This document shows, in pieces, positions 9,344 through 17,455 of a DNA stretch of 64,000 nucleotides. The stretch's first letter is position 1, and every line of letters begins with the position of its first letter. Under the pieces are notes generated by a model. The model was not told the origin of the DNA and made no database searches. It was given only the letters and a program-made list of their open reading frames with translations. Source of the DNA: Escherichia phage vB_Eco_slurp01. The DNA lies in sequence record LT603033; one strand, given 5' to 3'. The translations under genes were made by a program, and so were the position numbers.

Positions 9344-10015
9344 ATGAAACTTAATGCACACAGCAAACAATACCTTAAGCACTTTAAGTACCTCAATAGT
9401 ATTCAGGCAGAATCAGTTACATCTGCATATACGTATCACCCGAATGTACTAAAGAAACGAAATAAAAAGGAAAAATCCAGTACAAATGGAGTTAACGTAT
9501 CAAAGAACCTTGAATTGTACATGAAGAAAAATAATATAGCTGTTCATTATATGAATATCTATAATACTGATTTAAAAGTATTGAGTACTAATACGAGCAC
9601 AAAGGTACTAAAGAACGCATCCTTCATCATCAATATGCAGTTGGATAATACCCCGTGCACTTTAATGCTATACTTCGGGAATACATACTTCTTCGGGAAT
9701 TGTAACACCTCCCACGATGTCAATACAGCACAATTCCAAATGGGTGGCATATACTCTACTGATGCAGAAAAAGTACACGAGAATATGCACTTCTGGCAAG
9801 CACAACGTACAGAAGAAACTGATACAGTACTGCAATTCCTCAAAGAACTAGAACACAAAGAACTACAGGAAGAAGAACTATTCATGTACAGTACTGTAAT
9901 CGATAATCCAGTACTCTATAAAAACGCGTACAATCTGACAAAACATGTACAGGAAATTATCAGTACTAATAAGAAAATGCATCACCTCATTACGTATATT
10001 ACAAACTATGTATAA
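9344..10015 (+). CDS. Hypothetical protein (223 aa) embedded in family A array
   Basis: ORF track; AAAGGAAA RBS. Confidence 0.55.
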   Translation: MKLNAHSKQYLKHFKYLNSIQAESVTSAYTYHPNVLKKRNKKEKSSTNGVNVSKNLELYMKKNNIAVHYMNIYNTDLKVLSTNTSTKVLKNASFIINMQLDNTPCTLMLYFGNTYFFGNCNTSHDVNTAQFQMGGIYSTDAEKVHENMHFWQAQRTEETDTVLQFLKELEHKELQEEELFMYSTVIDNPVLYKNAYNLTKHVQEIISTNKKMHHLITYITNYV

Positions 10016-10190
10016 AGAATACTACCAAGAACATCTCCCAATGCATCTCCAACACCTTGTACCCAAAGAACCAATAGGAATAAAAGATCACGCAAAAATA
10101 ATGTTCCAACAATGTACTAAGTACACGCTCATATACGATGATAATCCATATATGCTGTACTACGTAGTAATGCTAACATTCAGGTACTAA
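10008..10190 (+). CDS. Small protein, family A (MYKEYYQEHLP...LTFRY)
   Basis: ORF 9945..10190 trimmed to family-type start. Confidence 0.55.
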   Translation: MYKEYYQEHLPMHLQHLVPKEPIGIKDHAKIMFQQCTKYTLIYDDNPYMLYYVVMLTFRY

Positions 10191-10191
10191 T

Positions 10192-10371
10192 ATGCACAAA
10201 CATAAAGAATTCTACCTCTCGTACCTTAATTCCGATATAGTAACATCCAATACCTTCAGTACTAAAATTATCTATAATGAATTAATAAAAGAATGTATTA
10301 AAGGTGCTATTAACCCTAAAGATACGTATGACTTGTACTATGCAGTACTAACCCTTGTTTTCACGAAATAA
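10192..10371 (+). CDS. Small protein, family A (59 aa, below ORF-track cutoff)
   Basis: Own translation MHKHKEFYLSYLN...LTLVFTK. Confidence 0.5.
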   Translation: MHKHKEFYLSYLNSDIVTSNTFSTKIIYNELIKECIKGAINPKDTYDLYYAVLTLVFTK

Positions 10372-10379
10372 CACATAAT

Positions 10380-10571
10380 ATGAATAACCACAAAGAATAC
10401 TACATAGAGAAACTCCCAATGTATCTCCAACACCTTGTACCAAACGTTGCATTGGGTATAGAAAAAAACTACGAAAAAGACTACTTCATTCAGTGCACTA
10501 AATCCTCGATATATATTGACGACTATAATCGAGTACTGTATCACATCCTTTTACTAATATATAGGTACTAA
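10380..10571 (+). CDS. Small protein, family A
   Basis: ORF track. Confidence 0.6.
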   Translation: MNNHKEYYIEKLPMYLQHLVPNVALGIEKNYEKDYFIQCTKSSIYIDDYNRVLYHILLLIYRY

Positions 10572-10572
10572 T

Positions 10573-10755
10573 ATGCACAAAGAATACTACACACAATTTC
10601 TCCCCAGCATTTTTGAACACTACGCCAGATACAAAGTCCCTATGGATAACGATTTGGCAGTACTGGGATTCAATAACTGCATAGAACGAAGTATAGAAAA
10701 TAGTAGTAGTTATGACCAGCTATATAACACTATCCTACTTATATTCAGGTACTAA
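10573..10755 (+). CDS. Small protein, family A
   Basis: ORF track. Confidence 0.6.
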   Translation: MHKEYYTQFLPSIFEHYARYKVPMDNDLAVLGFNNCIERSIENSSSYDQLYNTILLIFRY

Positions 10756-10756
10756 C

Positions 10757-10945
10757 ATGCATAAAGAATACTACACAAAATATTTCCCAATGTACCTCAG
10801 AACTAATCTATTAGATAAACCTCGCGGTATCAATGCACAAAATGATAAAGTGTACTTTACTATGTGCACTAAAGCATGTATACTAGATTTTGACAGCTAT
10901 CATCGAGTACTGTATCATACCCTGTACCTAGCTTTCGTATTCTAA
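10757..10945 (+). CDS. Small protein, family A
   Basis: ORF 10712..10945 trimmed to MHKEYYTKYF. Confidence 0.55.
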   Translation: MHKEYYTKYFPMYLRTNLLDKPRGINAQNDKVYFTMCTKACILDFDSYHRVLYHTLYLAFVF

Positions 10946-10954
10946 GAGAACAAT

Positions 10955-11140
10955 ATGCATAAAGAATTCTACTTAAGCCATCTCGATCTAAACTCCCAAA
11001 TGCTTATACCACTAATCCCAATAGATATCAAGGATAAGAAAAATACCGAACAATTCATTTACCATACACAGTGTGCGATCACCCCAAATTACATTCCATA
11101 TGAATTGTACTACATTATCGCCCTAATATATAGGTACTAA
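10955..11140 (+). CDS. Small protein, family A
   Basis: ORF track. Confidence 0.6.
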   Translation: MHKEFYLSHLDLNSQMLIPLIPIDIKDKKNTEQFIYHTQCAITPNYIPYELYYIIALIYRY

Positions 11141-11141
11141 T

Positions 11142-11327
11142 ATGCATAGAGAATACTACACACAATTTGTTAAAGGGAACTACAAACATGCCGTACCCAG
11201 AACCCCTTTAAATTCTCATGACCCAAGTACTATATTCTTGTTCCATGACGCAATACGTACAGTACTCAATACTAAAGATGAAGATGTGCAGTACGTATTC
11301 TTACTATTACTTATATACAGACACTAA
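11142..11327 (+). CDS. Small protein, family A
   Basis: ORF track. Confidence 0.6.
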   Translation: MHREYYTQFVKGNYKHAVPRTPLNSHDPSTIFLFHDAIRTVLNTKDEDVQYVFLLLLIYRH

Positions 11328-11332
11328 CTAAT

Positions 11333-11542
11333 ATGAATAAAGAACATAAAGAATTCTACTCCAAATACATAAGCCCCTCAGAACAAATGTTTCTAAGGAC
11401 TACTCCACCTTTAAGTACTAATACATTTTTCGGCAGAGTATGCTACAATAATTGTATTCAAATGACTTTAAACGCAAACGAAGATGGTAACAGTACTAAC
11501 CTGTACTCAGGTATCATAGGTATACTATTCCTGTATGAATAA
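11333..11542 (+). CDS. Small protein, family A
   Basis: ORF track; paralog of 7957..8166. Confidence 0.65.
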   Translation: MNKEHKEFYSKYISPSEQMFLRTTPPLSTNTFFGRVCYNNCIQMTLNANEDGNSTNLYSGIIGILFLYE

Positions 11543-11723
11543 TTACAAAGACTTCTATTTGAATACACTACCTACTGTACTTTCTCTAAGTGCTCAATGT
11601 AAAATCCCCCTGGATAATGCTTACGCCAGATATAGCTATTCCATAACTGTTAATCGATGTATAGAGAATCATTGCAGTACTAACCAGTACTATAACATAA
11701 TCCTACTTATATTCAGGTACTAA
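11535..11723 (+). CDS. Small protein, family A
   Basis: ORF track. Confidence 0.6.
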   Translation: MNNYKDFYLNTLPTVLSLSAQCKIPLDNAYARYSYSITVNRCIENHCSTNQYYNIILLIFRY

Positions 11724-11724
11724 T

Positions 11725-11907
11725 ATGAATAAAGAACATAAAGAATTCTATATACGAAAACTAACATTCGTCCCCGTAAGAATATATAAAGAATGCGACC
11801 CAAGATTATACCTATGGCACTTCAATGAGTGCATAAAAGATTCTATATACCCTAAGAACTATAAAGAACAATTGTGCTCAGTACTAACACTAGTACTATC
11901 ATATTAA
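11725..11907 (+). CDS. Small protein, family A
   Basis: ORF track. Confidence 0.6.
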   Translation: MNKEHKEFYIRKLTFVPVRIYKECDPRLYLWHFNECIKDSIYPKNYKEQLCSVLTLVLSY

Positions 11908-11922
11908 TTAATAGAGAATACT

Positions 11923-12123
11923 ATGTATAAAAACTTCTATATAAGTAAACTAAAAGAAAATGAACAAGTATGGATTAGATCTATAATTCCACTGGCATTT
12001 AATAGATATGCATTTAACAGATGTACCGAGATTGCTATAGACCCTTATAATATTAAAGAGAATGTACAGTATAATCAGTATAATCAGTACTACTATATCT
12101 TAATGATTATATATAGGAAGTAA
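11923..12123 (+). CDS. Small protein, family A (last member)
   Basis: ORF track. Confidence 0.6.
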   Translation: MYKNFYISKLKENEQVWIRSIIPLAFNRYAFNRCTEIAIDPYNIKENVQYNQYNQYYYILMIIYRK

Positions 12124-12303
12124 TATAGCTAGGGGAAGCTCCGTAGTGGAAGCATTATACAGGCTTTAACATATGTTGCATATGTTAAAATTCAGCCTGG
12201 ACAAATGCGATCACTAGGATTCTCCCCAGGCTAAACCCCGTAATCATAGGTAGTCATAAGTAATCATATATAAACATTTATATGAGCACCGTAGAATCAC
12301 AGA

Positions 12304-12512
12304 ATGATTATATATGATTCAGTACTGATTAGTATAGACAAGATTGCTCAAGAATGCACGGAAATGTGTGTGAATGATTCAGTACTGATTAGTATAGACA
12401 AGATTGCTCAAGAATGCACGGAAATGTGTGTGAATGATTCAGTACTGATTAGTATAGACAAGATTGCTCAAGAATGCACGGAAATGTGTGTGAATGATTC
12501 AGTACTGATATG
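12304..12512. repeat. Tandem direct repeat, 60-bp unit x ~3.5
   Basis: Unit GAATGATTCAGTACTGATTAGTATAGACAAGATTGCTCAAGAATGCACGGAAATGTGTGT repeated head-to-tail. Confidence 0.9.
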
Positions 12513-12656
12513 CCACTAAGTAGGCAGAGGAAGTCTGCCGTACTTTGTAGTTTCCAAGCTCCTTTTCCATTTTGCAAATTACATCAAATGTAATCAAAAG
12601 TAATCACGCAATGATTAGTACTGAATTATTACTTTCACCTTAATTACAATTACCCT

Positions 12657-12674
12657 TTTACCCTTCGGGGTAAA
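12657..12674 (+). other. Stable hairpin with UUCG-type tetraloop
   Basis: TTTACCC-TTCG-GGGTAAA perfect 7-bp stem. Confidence 0.5.
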
Positions 12675-12885
12675 ATTCAATTACCCCTTGAGGCTCCAGC
12701 AAAAAGTTGGTTAGTACTCCATCCTAAATCTCGATCCTAAAAATTTTGGAGTACCTATGAAATAAAAGTTGGATCTTCGAAAGTTGAAATTTACGTTGGG
12801 ACGTTTATGATTTGTGGGATATAATGATGTTTGTAGTCGGGTAGTTCTCAAGAATATCAGTACTGAATAATGAAAGAAAGCTATT

Positions 12886-12913
12886 GACATTATGATTCAG
12901 TACTGTATAATGT
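12886..12913 (+). promoter_or_regulatory. Sigma70-like promoter in non-coding hub
   Basis: TTGACA N16 TATAAT; no convincing ORF downstream. Confidence 0.5.
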
Positions 12914-13102
12914 TCTACATAGCTTCAAGGGGTGATGAGTTGCTGCGAACAATTCATTTACTCTACCTCCTGTCGTGAGACAGTACAGAAAAGATAGTTC
13001 CTCCTGTGGTGGTACATCTTTTTGAACCTCATATGAAAATCGTAATAACAGTACTGATATTAACAGAATGGTGTCAGTACTGATTTTAATCTAAAGCATT
13101 AT

Positions 13103-13122
13103 ACCACCAGCTTGTGCTGGTG
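13103..13122. other. Palindromic hairpin made of two inverted Chi octamers (CCACCAGC-TTGT-GCTGGTGG)
   Basis: Read directly; perfect 8-bp stem. Confidence 0.6.
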
Positions 13123-13238
13123 GATTCCCTCTAACAGTATTCAGTACTACATGATGGTCTTCATCCTCCTAGGGTAACATAGTGAGGGCTATGATGGCAG
13201 TACTGAATACTCCCTTTCAAAAGATAGATCTATGGTAT

Positions 13239-13440
13239 AGTACTGACGGATTTTGGGTGTAGTTACCCTGGATGGATTTTGGGCGTAGATATGTCTAGCC
13301 CTCCAGAAGTCTGGAAGTAAAGATGGCTATCCATCTAGACGGCTAAACGGCTAGATTTCTGGATGGCTGGATGGCTAGACGTTTGGACGGCTAAACGGCT
13401 AGATGGTTACACGTCTGGAAGTATAGACGGCTAAATCAAA
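13239..13440. repeat. Iteron-like cluster of short direct repeats
   Basis: GACGGCTAAACGGCTAGAT x2, GGATGGCT x3, TCTGGAAGTA x2, ATTTTGGGCGTA x2-3; AT-rich tract follows at 13441-13460. Confidence 0.6.
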
Positions 13441-14060
13441 ATTTTATTTTGTTTTTCCAATAGTTCCCCTACCGCGTGGGGATAGTTTCCCCGCAGTATC
13501 TGGAGTTAGATTTTTCTGAATCTGGAATCATTATCTTATAAACTGGGGGCAATGTCAACGACCTGGACGGATATTTTTAAAAATTTTTTCAGTACTGAAT
13601 TTTGGGCGTAACTATGCACCCGGTGGGCTTGAGTCTTTCTCGACTTGATGGAACTATTATACAGTACTGGAAAAATAAAGCAATACCCTGGATGAAAAAA
13701 GTTTTAATTAATTTGCTTGCCATCCTGGGCCGGACTATGGTACTATAATTCAGTACTGAGAAAGTGCGTTAACCTGCTAGGGTGCGGGAGTGTATCCTTT
13801 TTTTATATCTTGAATTTTGGACGGATCTTCCCACCCCCTGGGGTATCCGCTTTCTCGCGTCTATGTAGTAATTATACGCTTTTTCAGGATCAAGTCAATA
13901 CCTAAAAACAAAATAATTGAAAATAATTTAACGCGTTTAAACGGCCCGTAAAGCCCTGGAATGATTGGAATGGTGCAAATGTATAGCTTGGGTGTATTAA
14001 TGCGTTAGAATGCGTCTGAGGCCGTTTTACGGGGTGTAGTAGTGATTTGGTGGATTGATT

Positions 14061-14215
14061 CAGTACTGAATAATAGTACTCCTATATAGAAAGATAGTTC
14101 CCCTGGATGGTTGCAGTACTGAATAATAGTACTCCTATATAGAAAGATAGTTCCCCTGGATGGTTGCAGTACTGAATAATAGTTCCCCTATATAGAAAGA
14201 AAACTATTTTAAAAG
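14061..14215. repeat. Tandem direct repeat, 53-bp unit x ~3, immediately upstream of first early promoter
   Basis: CAGTACTGAATAATAGTACTCCTATATAGAAAGATAGTTCCCCTGGATGGTTG repeated. Confidence 0.85.
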
Positions 14216-14231
14216 TATTTGTAGAAAGTAC

Positions 14232-14259
14232 TTGCAAACTATGTTTAACGGCGTATAAT
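14232..14259 (+). promoter_or_regulatory. Early promoter, sigma70-like
   Basis: TTGCAA N16 TATAAT. Confidence 0.7.
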
Positions 14260-14272
14260 GTTTTACATCGAG

Positions 14273-14291
14273 AGCGGGAACACTTCCCGCT
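14273..14291 (+). other. Promoter-proximal hairpin (AGCGGGAA-CAC-TTCCCGCT)
   Basis: 8-bp stem immediately downstream of predicted start site; member of the recurrent hairpin class. Confidence 0.6.
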
Positions 14292-14314
14292 ACATATTAC
14301 GAGAGATTAAAACG

Positions 14315-14677
14315 ATGGCGACTCAAATCACTAAAATTATTGCTAACCTGGTTAACTTTCGCGACGAGATGAAAGATCTTCCGGCAGAAACGGTAAAAAT
14401 TCACATTGCAGCTTATCGGGAACTTATTGCAATGTTACCTCTTAAGCGTGAACAATACGCCGCTACCGTGATGCTTGATGCGATGATCCATAAGATGATC
14501 GCCAGTGATTTAACGATGGTTTATCAGTATATGGGCGAAAATTTCGCGGTGTATAGTAAACCAGTACCAGGAATGGAAAGTACAGAAGTATTACACGGTT
14601 TAAATTTAAAACAAGATGCATGGGATAATATGCCTCGTTTCCTGGTATGGGCTGACAGTGGCAAAATTTACGAATAA
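14315..14677 (+). CDS. Hypothetical early protein (120 aa)
   Basis: ORF 14258..14677 trimmed: upstream ATG lies inside the -10 element; GAGAGA RBS before MATQITK. Confidence 0.7.
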   Translation: MATQITKIIANLVNFRDEMKDLPAETVKIHIAAYRELIAMLPLKREQYAATVMLDAMIHKMIASDLTMVYQYMGENFAVYSKPVPGMESTEVLHGLNLKQDAWDNMPRFLVWADSGKIYE

Positions 14678-14691
14678 GTTTAATAAAGTAC

Positions 14692-14719
14692 TTGCAAACT
14701 ATGTTTAATGGCGTATAAT
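14692..14719 (+). promoter_or_regulatory. Early promoter
   Basis: TTGCAA N16 TATAAT; hairpin GTGGGGAA-TAG-TTCCCCAC at 14732-14750. Confidence 0.7.
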
Positions 14720-14770
14720 GTTTTACATCAGGTGGGGAATAGTTCCCCACTATATAAGAGGATTAAAAAA

Positions 14771-15010
14771 ATGGCTAAATCAAAAATGTTCTTAGGTCAC
14801 AAAAACAAAACTCATTGGAATGTAAGCCTTTGGATTAATAACGATGAATCATTATACCGGTTGGCCCTGGACTTTATTGCCGCCAATACTAATCGCAATG
14901 ATGCGGCCCGTCATATGATGTTATTTTTAGAACAGACTGGACAAGATAAAACACCGGACGGATTCAAATATAGCACTACTGCGATCCGTGCGGCAATGGT
15001 TGGAATGTAA
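14771..15010 (+). CDS. Hypothetical early protein (79 aa)
   Basis: ORF 14708..15010 trimmed to ATG after AAGAGGA RBS. Confidence 0.7.
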   Translation: MAKSKMFLGHKNKTHWNVSLWINNDESLYRLALDFIAANTNRNDAARHMMLFLEQTGQDKTPDGFKYSTTAIRAAMVGM

Positions 15011-15032
15011 TAGAATAGAATTTATTTAAAGT

Positions 15033-15061
15033 ACTATTGCACGGGGATAGTACTTTATAAT
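15033..15061 (+). promoter_or_regulatory. Degenerate early promoter (TATAAT present, -35 region shortened)
   Basis: Aligns with the promoter at 26483-26511 but has a deletion in the spacer. Confidence 0.4.
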
Positions 15062-15098
15062 AGTGTTTTATTCATACACCAACGATAAGGGCAACAGC

Positions 15099-15365
15099 AT
15101 GAATATTAAGTATTTTGCGACGCGTGAACAAGCTCGGATCGCCGCACGCCAGGACGGGGCAACGTTTAAAGATATGGGCGTACAATCGGAACGTGGTAAA
15201 CGTTGGGCCATTGTAAAGCGTAGTACCGCCAGATCATTACAGTACTGGTTAGCGGCCTTAAAAAGACCCGATAGTGTATCGCGACGAGTGGTAGAAATAA
15301 AGCTCGACCGAAAGGGCAACCGCGTGACCGTGTACCGTACTAAAAAGATTGCAGTACTTGAATAA
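15099..15365 (+). CDS. Hypothetical early protein (88 aa); paralog of 26556..26951
   Basis: Trimmed ORF; shared KYFATREQARIAAR...FKDMG...RKGNRVTVY. Confidence 0.7.
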   Translation: MNIKYFATREQARIAARQDGATFKDMGVQSERGKRWAIVKRSTARSLQYWLAALKRPDSVSRRVVEIKLDRKGNRVTVYRTKKIAVLE

Positions 15366-15373
15366 AAAGTACT

Positions 15374-15400
15374 TGCAAACTATGTTTAAAGGCGTATAAT
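15374..15400 (+). promoter_or_regulatory. Early promoter
   Basis: TTGCAA N15 TATAAT; hairpin GCGGGAA-CTC-TTCCCGC at 15415-15431. Confidence 0.7.
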
Positions 15401-15452
15401 GTTTTACATCGAGAGCGGGAACTCTTCCCGCCTATAACCTGGAGTAATAAAA

Positions 15453-15683
15453 ATGACTAATATGTATATGACTGAAGTTAAAACCGTAAAAGATACTACC
15501 ACGAATAAAACTACTTACTTACAGCGGATCTGTGGTGTATGGCAACGTATCAGCAAATCAAAGTACTTTAAATTAACATCATATGCAAACCGTTCGGATT
15601 CATTCAGTACTGAAATAAAAGGTAATAAAGTACACCAATACGGCACTTATTATTATTATAGCCTGGACGCGATTGCAGTATAA
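15453..15683 (+). CDS. Hypothetical early protein (76 aa)
   Basis: ORF track; GGAG RBS. Confidence 0.65.
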   Translation: MTNMYMTEVKTVKDTTTNKTTYLQRICGVWQRISKSKYFKLTSYANRSDSFSTEIKGNKVHQYGTYYYYSLDAIAV

Positions 15684-15713
15684 GCAGTTTACAAATCTTT
15701 ACAATTGCCGGTA

Positions 15714-15742
15714 TTGACTTATTTTGTCAGTACTGGCATAAT
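15714..15742 (+). promoter_or_regulatory. Promoter driving a non-coding stretch
   Basis: TTGACT N17 CATAAT; no ORF over 25 aa follows. Confidence 0.5.
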
Positions 15743-15744
15743 GT

Positions 15745-15925
15745 ATTCATTGGCAGATAAGCCGTAGCCCATAGGGTGCGGGAGTGTATCTATAGAAAAA
15801 GTAGTTTATTACAGTTACAATTGTGCACCCGGTGGGTTAGCTGTTGTCATGGGGTATATTATGCCAGTACTGGATAGTGCTGTCAATACCTTTTTACTAT
15901 TCAGTACTGAAAACTATTTTTAAAA
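15745..15925 (+). ncRNA. Candidate small non-coding RNA
   Basis: Promoter-driven, no ORF; contains inverted copies of the CCCAYNGGGTGC motif that could pair. Confidence 0.3.
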
Positions 15926-15930
15926 AGTAC

Positions 15931-15958
15931 TTGCAAACTATGTTTAAAGGCGTATAAT
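15931..15958 (+). promoter_or_regulatory. Early promoter (upstream member of a tandem pair)
   Basis: TTGCAA N16 TATAAT. Confidence 0.7.
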
Positions 15959-15965
15959 GTTTTAC

Positions 15966-16040
15966 ATCAGGACGGGGAACGAAATAAGTAACTCCCCATT
16001 AAGTAGCCCAGGAGTAAGGCACACGAAAAACTCCCCTGAT
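15966..16040 (+). other. Conserved ~75-nt structured leader element (copy 1 of 3)
   Basis: ATCAGG...CCTGAT closing helix plus internal GGGGA/TCCCC stem-loop; near-identical copy at 25361-25433, related copy at 18275-18385. Confidence 0.5.
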
Positions 16041-16047
16041 AAAATAG

Positions 16048-16076
16048 TTTGAAAATTGTTTTTAAAAGCGTATAAT
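16048..16076 (+). promoter_or_regulatory. Second promoter of tandem pair
   Basis: TTTGAA N17 TATAAT. Confidence 0.5.
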
Positions 16077-16108
16077 ACTTACATCAACTACTGAATGAGG
16101 GTTACAAA

Positions 16109-16720
16109 ATGAAAACTATCACTACTACTACTTTCGTTATGGATTTTTCTGAATTGAACGCAGAACAAAAAACGTCAGCTATCGAACTGGTTCGGGAACG
16201 TGAAAAAAACTCAAACGACAATTATTTTTCTGAAAGTGAAATTGAATACTATAAAGAAACAGTACTACCGGAATATGGCATTAATGACGCTGAAATACAA
16301 TTCAGTGGTTTTTGGTCCCAGGGTGACGGTGCATCAATCAGTACTGACCACGTTGACGCAGTGAAGTTTTTACGCAAGGTAAGAGCATTAACTAAGTATC
16401 GCTCAATCCGTCACCTGCTGAATGAAGATGATTTGGCGATGAGTGTAAAGCGTTCTCACTCTCACTACTCGCATGAGAACACTGTAAGCGGGTACATTGA
16501 ATCGGCTTACACTGATTTAACCGCAAAACAAGAAACGTTAGTTAATGAGCTTGAGGAACTACTCACTGAAACTATTCGTGAATTGTCACGCAAGTTGTAC
16601 CGTGATTTAGAGAATGCATATGAGGATCAATTCACTACTGAAAACATCGTAGCACTGATTGAGGGTAACGAGTATCAATTCAATGTTATTGATGGCGTAG
16701 TAGAATCAATCGAATATTAA
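16109..16720 (+). CDS. Hypothetical acidic protein (203 aa)
   Basis: ORF track; GAGGG RBS. Confidence 0.75.
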   Translation: MKTITTTTFVMDFSELNAEQKTSAIELVREREKNSNDNYFSESEIEYYKETVLPEYGINDAEIQFSGFWSQGDGASISTDHVDAVKFLRKVRALTKYRSIRHLLNEDDLAMSVKRSHSHYSHENTVSGYIESAYTDLTAKQETLVNELEELLTETIRELSRKLYRDLENAYEDQFTTENIVALIEGNEYQFNVIDGVVESIEY

Positions 16721-16732
16721 TTCAAAAAGTAC

Positions 16733-16760
16733 TGGACACTAAGCAATAAAGGCGTATAAT
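16733..16760 (+). promoter_or_regulatory. Early promoter
   Basis: TGGACA N16 TATAAT; hairpin AGCGGGAA-TAG-TTCCCGCT at 16774-16792. Confidence 0.6.
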
Positions 16761-16812
16761 ACTTTATATCGAGAGCGGGAATAGTTCCCGCTACTAATGA
16801 GGAATACTACAA

Positions 16813-16977
16813 ATGAATACTTTTACCTTCGCTCAATTGAACGCCCTGGATGTATTGTCTGATGCTTTGCGGGATGCAACTGAAAGCGGTTTATTTGACA
16901 ATGTTGACATTCACCCTGATGTAATTAATAATTTTTGTGATGCTATCGCAGAAGTACTGGAAGATCTAAAAAAATAA
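16813..16977 (+). CDS. Hypothetical small protein (54 aa, below ORF-track cutoff)
   Basis: Own translation MNTFTFAQLNALDVLSDALRDATESGLFDN...; GAGGAA RBS; promoter upstream. Confidence 0.5.
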   Translation: MNTFTFAQLNALDVLSDALRDATESGLFDNVDIHPDVINNFCDAIAEVLEDLKK

Positions 16978-16987
16978 TAGAAAGTAC

Positions 16988-17015
16988 TTGCAATTAGTTT
17001 TTAGTACTGTATAAT
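16988..17015 (+). promoter_or_regulatory. Early promoter
   Basis: TTGCAA N16 TATAAT; hairpin 17028-17047. Confidence 0.7.
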
Positions 17016-17065
17016 AGTTTACATAGAGGGGAGAAATGGTTCTCCCTGGTAATGAGGAAAATAAA

Positions 17066-17287
17066 ATGGCTAATATCACTACTCTTTCTCAACTGGAAGC
17101 ACTGGTTAAATCTATGCGGGAACATGCAGACAATATCGGCGTAAAAGATCCAGCCGTTTGCTTCTGCGACGAAATGAATGATGATACACTGGTAATAGCA
17201 GAAGTACAAGATATTTCTAACTATTCATCGCGTTACACTGGCGGCGTAGCAAATAAAGGTGACTTCTGTTTATACCTTACCAAATAA
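17066..17287 (+). CDS. Hypothetical early protein (73 aa)
   Basis: ORF 17036..17287 trimmed to MANITTLS after GAGGAAAA RBS. Confidence 0.65.
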   Translation: MANITTLSQLEALVKSMREHADNIGVKDPAVCFCDEMNDDTLVIAEVQDISNYSSRYTGGVANKGDFCLYLTK

Positions 17288-17292
17288 CAACG

Positions 17293-17322
17293 CGGGGAGA
17301 TAATAACTCCCCGTTACTTTTT
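17293..17322 (+). terminator. Intrinsic terminator
   Basis: CGGGGAG-ATAATAA-CTCCCCG then TTACTTTTTC. Confidence 0.7.
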
Positions 17323-17455
17323 CAGTACTGAATCATTTAATAGACGGATCTCGGCACCCTGTGGGTTAGTGACTGTATCGTCTTTATGTAGTAATTATGC
17401 CAGTACTGGATGCACTTGTCAACAACTATTTTTCAAATACTTTTTATTAAAATAC

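Noticed and set aside
12304-12519. 71-aa ORF in the ORF track
   Set aside because: It is a read-through of the 60-bp tandem repeat (the protein is a three-fold peptide repeat) with no RBS; treated as a DNA repeat.
12304-14215. Possible CRISPR array (regularly spaced repeats)
   Set aside because: The repeats are head-to-tail with no unique spacers between them (60-bp and 53-bp units), and there are no cas genes; these are tandem repeats.
16109-16720. Anti-restriction (ArdA-like DNA mimic) assignment for the acidic 203-aa protein
   Set aside because: It is acidic, but I could not identify a family-specific motif with confidence from sequence alone; left as hypothetical.
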